Shown here: positions 1 to 6,052 of the stretch, piece by piece
How the letters are laid out: every line of letters starts with the position of its first letter
Position numbering within the stretch: the first letter of the stretch is position 1
IMG/VR virus record: IMGVR_UViG_3300029932_000006
Reading direction: 5' to 3' (one strand)
Source of the DNA: a virus
DNA: 33,590 nt
Program-made: the position numbers and the translations under genes
Notes under the pieces: generated by a model
Seen by the model: the letters and a program-made list of their open reading frames with translations, nothing else
What the model was told of the DNA's origin: nothing
Databases searched by the model: none

Positions 1-77
1 GCGGCCCACACAGCCCTTGGATAGAGCCTTCCACCGTCTTCATCTCTGCGATAGGACTGGATGTATATCACGCCTGG
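1..77. repeat. Exact 77-bp direct duplication of 33514..33590. This is the overlap of a circular or terminally redundant contig.
   Basis: Bases 1-77 (gcggcccacacagccc...atcacgcctgg) are identical to the last 77 bases of the window. A reverse-strand ORF reads through the join in frame. Confidence 0.9.
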
Positions 78-218
78 TTTCTTTTGGCGTGTGGAGCCTA
101 TAAAGCTCCTAATGCGATCTAGATCAATCCTCAGTTGGTCTGCGATTTCTCTCATGGTCATCGGGCCTAGTTCTTTGAGTAGGTCCACGATCTGCTGTCT
201 GCTGATTGATTTCTTCAA
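1..218 (-). CDS. Winged-helix DNA-binding protein, 5' part of a junction-spanning CDS that continues at 33513..33318
   Basis: The reverse frame is open below the TAA at 228-230. Candidate starts are TTG 218, GTG 188 and ATG 161. It reads SRQQIVDLLKELGPMTMREIADQLRIDLDRIRSFIG..., an HTH/wing pattern. From TTG 218 the CDS totals 414 nt once the duplicate is collapsed. Confidence 0.6.
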   Translation of the reverse strand, partial: MKKSISRQQIVDLLKELGPMTMREIADQLRIDLDRIRSFIGSTRQKKPGVIYIQSYRRDEDGGRLYPRAVWA

Positions 219-321
219 GGATGGCCTTTAAGACTTCTTCTTTTGTTGGAGAGCGGTTTCCTTCAGGGGAGTGGATTGTGGCCCCTATGAGGTAGGCATG
301 AGCCAGGACGAGTGCTTTCAT
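124..321 (-). CDS. Hypothetical protein (65 aa)
   Basis: Track ORF. Its ATG (321-319) overlaps the stop of the upstream micro-ORF as ATGA. The C-terminal ~25 aa are low complexity and overlap the winged-helix frame, so the true end is uncertain. Confidence 0.4.
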   Translation of the reverse strand: MKALVLAHAYLIGATIHSPEGNRSPTKEEVLKAILEEINQQTADRGPTQRTRPDDHERNRRPTED

Positions 322-428
322 TGGATGAGGAATTTAATCATCAAGATGAGAGTGACGAATGGCCCAAGAAAGATCACCGCTAAAAGGCAAATAGCCCATA
401 AAGTGGCGAAAAACTCTCCGAGCTTCAT
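318..428 (-). CDS. Micro-ORF, 36-aa hydrophobic membrane peptide (MKLGEFFATLWAICLLAVIFLGPFVTLILMIKFLIQ)
   Basis: Not in the track because it is under 60 aa. It fills the gap between mazG and the 124..321 ORF exactly. ATGA overlaps occur at both ends (428/425 and 321/318). It has one clear transmembrane stretch. Confidence 0.5.
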   Translation of the reverse strand: MKLGEFFATLWAICLLAVIFLGPFVTLILMIKFLIQ

Positions 429-727
429 GTTTCCCTCACAAAGATGCCTTCTTTGGTCAGCGTTCCCTTGCGGTCTTTGATCTCCTCATAAGCCCGTTTG
501 AGACAGGCCACGAGGTCTAAACCGGCCAGGTCAGCCGCCAGGATCAGAGTCACCAGGACATCTCCAAAGCCATCAATCTGGGCCTCTCGGTTTCCTTTTA
601 GAGTGGCCCCAACAAGCTCTCCGAGTTCCTCTACGCACTTGAGGAGTTGCTTCTCTGTGGTGGAGTTAGGGATAATCTGACGGGCCTCAGCCCAGCGCAG
701 GATTTCAATTTCTAGATTGCGGTACAT
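425..727 (-). CDS. mazG: MazG-like nucleoside triphosphate pyrophosphohydrolase
   Basis: 100 aa. The motif KCVEELGELVGATLKGNREAQIDGFGDVLVTLILAA is the typical all-alpha MazG EExxE/D metal-binding helix pattern of small phage MazG proteins. Confidence 0.85.
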   Translation of the reverse strand: MYRNLEIEILRWAEARQIIPNSTTEKQLLKCVEELGELVGATLKGNREAQIDGFGDVLVTLILAADLAGLDLVACLKRAYEEIKDRKGTLTKEGIFVRET

Positions 728-948
728 AGTTTCTTTCGATGCTTCAATAATTCTTTCTTACCCATCTCGCTCAGTTTGGGGATGCAGACTGGCTTTCCTG
801 CATGGGTGACTGTCTTGCGATCACAGATCAACTTCCTGCGAACGAGTGACCAGTAGGTACACCAACTGCCAGGCCGGTCGTTGAACAACTTAAATCCCCA
901 TCCCTTCTCAAACATCGCGAGCATCTGTGCTTGCTGATGAGAGATCAC
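712..948 (-). CDS. Hypothetical protein (78 aa)
   Basis: Track ORF. The GTG start at 948 overlaps the upstream stop as GTGA. No recognisable motif. Confidence 0.55.
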   Translation of the reverse strand: MISHQQAQMLAMFEKGWGFKLFNDRPGSWCTYWSLVRRKLICDRKTVTHAGKPVCIPKLSEMGKKELLKHRKKLCTAI

Positions 949-1412
949 AGCCGATCCCCCAGCCTGCGACCGATGTTCGCCAGTTGGTCTTTGATCTCAT
1001 TGATGGACTTGCGGCCCATGTTGGGAATCCGCAAAAGCTCCCGCTCCGTTCGGCTGCAGAGATCATCAATGGTGTAGATTTCCTCAAACCTCAGGCAGTT
1101 TGATGCCCTCAGTGGAAGATCAAGGATTTGCCAGGCAGTGGCGTTCTTGGCAATCAGCGATTCAAGAGTTGAGCGTGTTTCGTTTCGCTTCAACTCCTCC
1201 TGCCGGGACTTCTCATCTTCTTGTAATGCTTGCTCCAGGCTTCGATAGTGGCTGATCGCCTGCTGCGCCAGCACTTGAGGTTTCCACGTTCCGTTTGCCT
1301 CTAAGAGTCTCAGATAAATCTCGAAAATCTTGTCGTTCACTTCGATCTCCCGGCCCACTTGGGTTCTTTCTTCTCTTGGAACACGGGCCTCCCCTCGCTT
1401 GGAGGAGTCCAT
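945..1412 (-). CDS. RNA polymerase alpha-subunit C-terminal domain (alpha-CTD)-like protein with a coiled-coil N-terminal half
   Basis: The C-terminal 60 aa are ILDLPLRASNCLRFEEIYTIDDLCSRTERELLRIPNMGRKSINEIKDQLANIGRRLGDRL. These align along their full length with the RpoA alpha-CTD helix-hairpin-helix (E. coli [60 protein letters not shown]). I chose ATG 1412, which has GGAG 9-10 nt upstream. The track's longer ORF to 1550 would overlap the upstream gene. Confidence 0.8.
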   Translation of the reverse strand: MDSSKRGEARVPREERTQVGREIEVNDKIFEIYLRLLEANGTWKPQVLAQQAISHYRSLEQALQEDEKSRQEELKRNETRSTLESLIAKNATAWQILDLPLRASNCLRFEEIYTIDDLCSRTERELLRIPNMGRKSINEIKDQLANIGRRLGDRL

Positions 1413-1500
1413 CCATACTTTCTCCAGGTGGCCTGAACATCGGCCCCCGAGGTCCATTTGAAATCTGGATGCCCCACCGGGATGCGCGGCATCGTCTTTT

Positions 1501-1935
1501 TCACTTGATGTTCCATCTTGCCTCCAACTCTCTAATAAGAGACACCACATCCATTGCCCAGGCTGTTTTCCCAGTCATATACTTGGTGTGCCGAGCCGCG
1601 ATTTGGAGGATCTCCTTTTCCTCCAGCTTTTTCGTTTTCACTGGCTCTGGAATAATCTCCTTGGCAGCGGCCCACACGATTCGGGACCGCCCAGAGGCTC
1701 CGTTCCTCCTTAGCCCTGAATCAAAGATGTACCCCTTCCTCCGCAGAGGAGCGATCCTTGGGGTAATTGACTGCAGAGACCTGTTCAGCGCAAAAGCGAT
1801 CTCTTCTGCTGTCGAAGGCTTGAACCTCAAGAGTTCATACACCCTCGCCTCTAAGTGGCTCACATCTAGCTTTGCGGCTTCCTTAGCGGTGTCAGGGTCA
1901 TCTTTACGGTGTGCTCCGTGCATCATTGGCTCCAT
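1501..1935 (-). CDS. Winged-helix (MarR-like) DNA-binding protein
   Basis: 144 aa. VYELLRFKPSTAEEIAFALNRSLQSITPRIAPLRRKGYIFDSG...GRSRIVW shows an HTH followed by a beta-wing. The start could instead be ATG 1926 or 1923. Confidence 0.7.
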   Translation of the reverse strand: MEPMMHGAHRKDDPDTAKEAAKLDVSHLEARVYELLRFKPSTAEEIAFALNRSLQSITPRIAPLRRKGYIFDSGLRRNGASGRSRIVWAAAKEIIPEPVKTKKLEEKEILQIAARHTKYMTGKTAWAMDVVSLIRELEARWNIK

Positions 1936-1962
1936 TCGTTCAAGTACGGATGATAAGGTGGC

Positions 1963-2193
1963 TTAGAACTCAATGTCTCGGGGATTTCCCTTCTTCGGCT
2001 CTTCCCGAGGCGCGTTCATGTAGGCCCATCCATCCCATCCGCCCTCTTTGAAGGGTGAGCAGTCCAGCTTCAGCATAGGACCGTTTTTCGTATCAATGAC
2101 TGACCCGATGCGCAGGTAACGCTTCTTTTCTTCGCCGTCTTTGTTGGTGTAGGTGCCAACGATGGCGGTGACTTCGTACAAAACTTTGCTCAT
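1963..2193 (-). CDS. Hypothetical small protein (76 aa). It may be an OB-fold or ssDNA-binding partner of the recombination module, which is speculative.
   Basis: Track ORF, ATGA-coupled to the exonuclease stop. It is beta-rich (YEVTAIVGTYTNKDGEEKKRYLRIGSVIDTKNGPMLKLD). The function is suggested only by its position next to exo and erf. Confidence 0.55.
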   Translation of the reverse strand: MSKVLYEVTAIVGTYTNKDGEEKKRYLRIGSVIDTKNGPMLKLDCSPFKEGGWDGWAYMNAPREEPKKGNPRDIEF

Positions 2194-2792
2194 ATTGCTT
2201 CCAGTTTTTTCACTTTCTCATCGACTTCAGCCAGGAACTTGATGATCTCGGCCTCCATCTCCCCAATCAGCTTCTCATCTCGCTCCACGCGAATGATTAA
2301 AAGCTGAAGTCTTTGTGGCATCCTCGGGTCGAAACACACGAAGTCGCACCACTTTTTATCTGTGCAGCGCATCTGAAGTTGCATCTGCTTCAGATACTTG
2401 TCAGGGATCTTTCGGTTGAGCTGCATCTCAATCATGGTTGCCGTTTCAGGACACTTAATCTCGATGAGTCCCTCACCAACGATCCCGTCTGGGCTGGCCC
2501 CACACATCTCAATAGAGGGGTGAGGAATAAACCCCACCTCCTCCACGAGATTTCCTGTTTGGGCCTCGTATGCTGCTCTGGCGTTGGCTTCTTGTTCTAC
2601 GCCCCACTCCATCGCTGCGTTGGAGTAGGTCTTTGCTGGCTGACCAGTCATCCTTTCCACGACCAGTTGTGCTTGGTAGTTCTCCCGATCCGCTGAGTAT
2701 CCGGTCTTGGTCTTGGCCATGACCTTGTAAACAGAGGATGCGGTGACCTTACCGGCTCGTTGAGCGAACCATTCTGGTGTGCGTTGTTCCAT
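2190..2792 (-). CDS. YqaJ-like viral recombinase exonuclease (lambda Exo-type PD-(D/E)XK)
   Basis: 200 aa. It has the N-terminal RTPEWFAQRAGKVTASS motif, then GASPDG and LIEIKCP, which match the YqaJ family catalytic signature. Confidence 0.9.
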   Translation of the reverse strand: MEQRTPEWFAQRAGKVTASSVYKVMAKTKTGYSADRENYQAQLVVERMTGQPAKTYSNAAMEWGVEQEANARAAYEAQTGNLVEEVGFIPHPSIEMCGASPDGIVGEGLIEIKCPETATMIEMQLNRKIPDKYLKQMQLQMRCTDKKWCDFVCFDPRMPQRLQLLIIRVERDEKLIGEMEAEIIKFLAEVDEKVKKLEAI

Positions 2793-3007
2793 TACGCTTC
2801 ATCCTCGTCTTTTCCAGCAACATCAATTTGCAACTCTGATCCAAAAATCAATGCTATTTCGTCAAATCCAACTTTGGCATCGCGCAAAGTTTTAAGAATC
2901 TCGTTGCATCTATCGGCCATCGGGGTTATTTCTTCCCACAACTTACGACCACGCTCTACGGTTTCGTTGTATTCACGCTCAAGCTCACGAGCTTCTTTGA
3001 TTTTCAC
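2792..3007 (-). CDS. Hypothetical acidic coiled-coil protein (71 aa)
   Basis: Track ORF packed tightly between erf and exo with overlapping start and stop codons. Confidence 0.55.
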   Translation of the reverse strand: MKIKEARELEREYNETVERGRKLWEEITPMADRCNEILKTLRDAKVGFDEIALIFGSELQIDVAGKDEDEA

Positions 3008-3618
3008 TTTGCGGCTCCTTTCATTGCTGCGTCTTTCAGGCTCTTCTGGTTACGAGTCCAGAACCTTGCCTTAGCTGCAGACACTGGGATCTTCTTGAAC
3101 TCTGCCTCTAGAACAGAAAGGCCTTCCATCGCTGCGCCACGAAGGTTGTCCAGGTGCTCATCTTCAAACGCCTGGTCTTCGCTTGGCAGGACTTCGTGCG
3201 TATGGTTCTCGGTGTCGTTATCGCCTTCTGTTGGGATTGCGAAGGCCTGGAACGCTGCGTACTTATATGCCGCACTCATGGCCTTGTTTGTGGCCTTGTC
3301 GCCTGAGTCCATCGCCTCACCAAAGGTTTTGATGGTGTGCTTCGACCCGTCCTCAGATGAGACCAGATCGAACTCCATCTCTACAGTGATGAAGAACAGA
3401 TTCCCACCGCTGTTTGACTTGCGCTCTACACACTGCCGTGAGAGCACTCGAGGGAGGATACACAGACCATGCTTCGCCAGAAGCGGAGAGATGGTGTTGT
3501 AGACATCATCAATGCCTCGGAAGTTGTATCCGTTGCCCTGAGTGTTTCTTCGGCTCTTGGTGATGCCGATGGAGGCCAGTTCAGCTTGGACTGCGTTGAT
3601 TGCTTTGTAGACGATCAT
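3004..3618 (-). CDS. erf: ERF-family single-strand annealing protein
   Basis: 204 aa. YNFRGIDDVYNTISPLLAKHGL and GEAMDSGDKATNKAMSAAYKYAAFQAFAIPTEG are hallmark ERF superfamily blocks. Confidence 0.9.
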   Translation of the reverse strand: MIVYKAINAVQAELASIGITKSRRNTQGNGYNFRGIDDVYNTISPLLAKHGLCILPRVLSRQCVERKSNSGGNLFFITVEMEFDLVSSEDGSKHTIKTFGEAMDSGDKATNKAMSAAYKYAAFQAFAIPTEGDNDTENHTHEVLPSEDQAFEDEHLDNLRGAAMEGLSVLEAEFKKIPVSAAKARFWTRNQKSLKDAAMKGAAK

Positions 3619-3737
3619 AGGTAGAAGAAAAAGAAGGTTGCGCCACAGAGACCGAGAGCTACCGCAGTCAATACATCCATTGCTGCAGAACGGCGAGCTT
3701 CGATCTCTTCTTCACGGGGACGGTATGCGTATCTCAT
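3615..3737 (-). CDS. Micro-ORF, 40-aa membrane peptide (MRYAYRPREEEIEARRSAAMDVLTAVALGLCGATFFFFYL)
   Basis: Not in the track. It fills the 3619..3733 gap and has ATGA overlaps at both ends (3737/3734 and 3618/3615). The C-terminal segment is hydrophobic. Confidence 0.5.
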   Translation of the reverse strand: MRYAYRPREEEIEARRSAAMDVLTAVALGLCGATFFFFYL

Positions 3738-3916
3738 TGCGGACCTTTCACGACTGCCCAGTAATCTGCCGATTCGACAAGACCGGTGTAGGCATCACAA
3801 AAGTCTTGCCCATCCCAGTCACCCCAAAACACCTCACCCTTGTAATAGAGGAGAAGCCCAATCTCTTCAGGAGGATCAGCTTCTGTGAGCTTGTTCCACA
3901 CAATAGTCTCGTTCAT
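3734..3916 (-). CDS. Hypothetical protein (60 aa), possibly DUF551-like
   Basis: Track ORF 3734..3925. I prefer ATG 3916, which is ATGA-coupled to the upstream stop and has GGAG upstream. The W..L.E..PPEE...LL pattern resembles phage DUF551, from memory. Confidence 0.6.
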   Translation of the reverse strand: MNETIVWNKLTEADPPEEIGLLLYYKGEVFWGDWDGQDFCDAYTGLVESADYWAVVKGPQ

Positions 3917-4143
3917 GCTTCCCACTCCTGAACAGGAGGAAAGGCATCGTCATAGGCCCACAGCTTTCCTTCAGGACCGCAGCGGCCATGAAGTGCTCGG
4001 ACGGTGGTGCAGAACATAGGATTGGTCTGCCCCGTCACGAAGTCGATCTTTTGGGTGTCTGGGTGGCCGCACTGAGAGAACGCTGACGGCTCTCTCTCGC
4101 TGTGGATGTAGTGCTGGCACCGATTGCAGGGAAGGATCTTCAT
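3913..4143 (-). CDS. Cys-rich putative zinc-binding protein (76 aa), first gene of the leftward operon
   Basis: The internal ATG at 4143 of track ORF 3913..4299 has GGAG 6 nt upstream. The protein reads MKILPCNRCQHY...QCGHP...FCTTVRALHGRCGPEGKLW. It is a paralogue of 33101..33361. Confidence 0.65.
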   Translation of the reverse strand: MKILPCNRCQHYIHSEREPSAFSQCGHPDTQKIDFVTGQTNPMFCTTVRALHGRCGPEGKLWAYDDAFPPVQEWEA

Positions 4144-4357
4144 TTGTCGCTCCAGAGACCGCGAACTAGCGGCATGGGTGTAACTGTAAGCGATCTTATG
4201 GGCATGAGAACTAGGACTTTCCCTAAGTGCCCTTATGTAAACCTGCCTTACACTCAAGCGGGGCCAGGAACGGGTTAGCTCCGTGCGGCCTGGTATCACG
4301 AATTATCAGCAGGCAGCCACTCTGCTTTATGAGAGCTGGCCCCACCCAAGGAAAGAC
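4144..4357. promoter_or_regulatory. Divergent early control region between the leftward and rightward operons
   Basis: This is the only sizeable non-coding stretch in the genome and is flanked by divergent first genes. It holds three TGTAA pentamers (4179, 4185, 4236) and one TTACA (4248). I could not call -35/-10 boxes with confidence. Confidence 0.55.
4236..4252. promoter_or_regulatory. Operator-like palindrome TGTAA-N7-TTACA
   Basis: A perfect 5-bp inverted repeat with a 7-bp spacer lies inside the divergent region. Two more TGTAA direct copies sit at 4179-4189. Confidence 0.3.
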
Positions 4358-4528
4358 ATGGACAAGAAGGAACTCATCGAGAAGGCCGGTGGTGTTACGG
4401 CTCTGGCGAAGTTGCTCAACATCAAGCCTCCCGCTATTTACCAATGGAAGAAGGTGCCCCAGCTCAGGCTGCTGCAGCTCAAGGAAATGCGTCCTGAGTG
4501 GTTTGCGGTGGAGAACAGTGATGTGTAA
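4358..4528 (+). CDS. Cro-like / YdaS-family HTH regulator
   Basis: The internal ATG at 4358 has AAGGAAAG upstream. The protein reads MDKKELIEKAGGVTALAKLLNIKPPAIYQWKKVPQLRLLQLKEMRPEWF. That is the YdaS/Cro-type HTH pattern, and it is the first gene of the rightward operon. Confidence 0.8.
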   Translation: MDKKELIEKAGGVTALAKLLNIKPPAIYQWKKVPQLRLLQLKEMRPEWFAVENSDV

Positions 4529-4664
4529 GTGCGGCGGCATCTTGGACATCGTTGAGCTGACTCGCAATCGCTGGCGCTACAAATGCCTGAGTTGTGGACG
4601 GTATGAAATCATGCCCCCGCACAATCAACGCAGAACACTTGTCAAGCCAAAAGAACCGCGTTAA
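4521..4664 (+). CDS. Small zinc-ribbon protein (47 aa)
   Basis: ATG 4521 has GGAGAA 6 nt upstream. It has paired CxC/CxxC motifs (MCKCGG ... CLSCG). It lies inside the longer spurious track ORF 4227..4664. Confidence 0.5.
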   Translation: MCKCGGILDIVELTRNRWRYKCLSCGRYEIMPPHNQRRTLVKPKEPR

Positions 4665-4695
4665 AGTGCTGCGAAACCCGGCTAGGGAGGAAGTC

Positions 4696-5544
4696 ATGAG
4701 CCTCCCGAAAAGCGTTAGACCCCGCCTGCCGATGGTTTCCTTTAGGGTCTGCAAAAGGGTCGAAATGCGTTACTACCAGTTCCACATCGGGGACTATGCG
4801 TCCCACACACGCCACCTCAACCACACCGAGGATCTGGCCTACCGGCGACTGCTGGACTTCTACTACCTGCACGAACAACCGATAAAGCAGCGCGAAATCG
4901 CAAGGCAGATCGGGATGCGCGATTGCGAGCAGGAGGTACTGTCTGTCCTTGAAGAATTCTTCGTGTCCACGGATGTCGGGTACATCAACCCCCGCGCAGA
5001 CCGCGAGATCGAGGCTTACAAGGCCATGAAGGACGCTGGCAAGCGCGGCGCTGAAAAGAGGTGGGGACAAGACAAATCAACCACTTCTGATGCCCACCCT
5101 ATAGCCACCCCATACCCACCCCATAGCCACCCTAATGACACCCCAATAGCAACCATAAACCATGAACCAGTAACCAGTAATAAAGAAGAAGCTAAAGCTT
5201 CTTTGTCGGGAACCGGGTTCCCGCCCTGTCCACATGGTCAAGTCTTAGAGCTTTGGAAGCAAAGACTCCCGCATCTGTCACAGCCAAGAACCTGGGAAGG
5301 TGCTAGGCAGTCGGCCCTGAAGGGAAGGTGGAATCAGGCTGCAAAAAAATCCACCTGGTCTGACGGGTACTCAACGCAAGAAGAAGGTCTGAAGTGGTGG
5401 GATTCCTTCTTCACATACATCGCAAACGACACTAAGCTTGCTTCAGGCTTTGAGACAAGCGGAAGAGTATGGAGACCAGATCTGCCTTGGATTCTCAACG
5501 CCACGAACTTTGCCAAGATCATTGATGGGAAGTATCAGAAATGA
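4696..5544 (+). CDS. DUF1376 (YdaU-like) phage replication-associated protein
   Basis: MRYYQFHIGDYASHTRHLNHTEDLAYRRLLDFYYLHEQPI is the DUF1376 signature. Start ATG 4696 follows a strong GGGAGG (4685-4690). ATG 4765, directly at the domain start, is an alternative. Confidence 0.8.
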   Translation: MSLPKSVRPRLPMVSFRVCKRVEMRYYQFHIGDYASHTRHLNHTEDLAYRRLLDFYYLHEQPIKQREIARQIGMRDCEQEVLSVLEEFFVSTDVGYINPRADREIEAYKAMKDAGKRGAEKRWGQDKSTTSDAHPIATPYPPHSHPNDTPIATINHEPVTSNKEEAKASLSGTGFPPCPHGQVLELWKQRLPHLSQPRTWEGARQSALKGRWNQAAKKSTWSDGYSTQEEGLKWWDSFFTYIANDTKLASGFETSGRVWRPDLPWILNATNFAKIIDGKYQK

Positions 5545-5849
5545 CTTTCAAAAAAGCAGAAACAACCGAAGAGATCCAAACGCTCAAGTGCGCGATGCCT
5601 GGCTGCTTCAATGTTTGGACTGTCGATCTGGGCCGGGGAATGTGTTCTGTCCACCAGTGGGAGCCGAGGCAAGAGATCCGACAAAACGCCAAGATCTCAG
5701 ACTCTGACAGGTCGGCAGTCCTGAGAAAGATTCGAGAGATCGGTCACGGCGGCGATAAGGCCTGGGCGTACCAGCTTAAAGCCAGAGATGAGGCAGGTGA
5801 AACTCTTACGCCACATCAGCGCAAGTTATACAAGGAGGCGCTGAAGTGA
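5541..5849 (+). CDS. Hypothetical Cys/His-containing protein (102 aa)
   Basis: Track ORF, ATGA-coupled to the upstream gene. It has a CAMPGC...CSVH motif. Confidence 0.65.
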   Translation: MTFKKAETTEEIQTLKCAMPGCFNVWTVDLGRGMCSVHQWEPRQEIRQNAKISDSDRSAVLRKIREIGHGGDKAWAYQLKARDEAGETLTPHQRKLYKEALK

Positions 5850-6052
5850 ACTACTTTGAAGCCCACAAACTTCTGAATGAGGTCAAAGATGGAATCAACC
5901 ACCCAACCGAACTCATCACCCATGCCCTATACCTCACAGGAGACCTGGAGGATGGAATGCGAAGCGCGGGAGTGGATTCGGATGTTCAACGACATCAAAG
6001 CCACGAAAGGACTCGAAGCAGCGGCTGGATGGTGGGGCCGAACAATATCTAA
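5846..6052 (+). CDS. Hypothetical protein. The N-terminal ~35 aa look genuine and the 3' end is uncertain.
   Basis: The GTG start at 5846 overlaps the upstream stop as GTGA, with GGAGG 7 nt upstream. The sequence MNYFEAHKLLNEVKDGINHPTELITHALYLTGDL looks protein-like. After ~5950 the frame becomes S/R-rich and overlaps 5952..6131. Confidence 0.5.
   Translation: MNYFEAHKLLNEVKDGINHPTELITHALYLTGDLEDGMRSAGVDSDVQRHQSHERTRSSGWMVGPNNI

Noticed and set aside
1-77. Terminal 77-bp repeat considered as a biological direct terminal repeat or as att/IS ends
   Set aside because: The repeat lies inside a coding frame that continues seamlessly across the join. Its length equals a standard assembler k-mer. 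It is direct rather than inverted, and no transposase or integrase is present. Circular-contig overlap is the simpler explanation, though a short DTR cannot be formally excluded without reads.
945-1550. Full-length 201-aa version of the alpha-CTD-like ORF
   Set aside because: The first 46 codons overlap the upstream winged-helix gene by 50 nt and read as low-complexity W/C/G/S sequence. An internal ATG at 1412 has a GGAG at proper spacing. I therefore called the shorter CDS, though ATG 1457 remains possible.
4223-4664. Long ORFs crossing the divergent control region (4223..4567 minus, 4227..4664 plus, and the N-terminal extensions of 3913..4299 and 4283..4528)
   Set aside because: Their translations are R/S/L/C-rich and motif-free across the intergenic part. 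The recognisable proteins start at internal ATGs with SD sequences (4143, 4358 and 4521).
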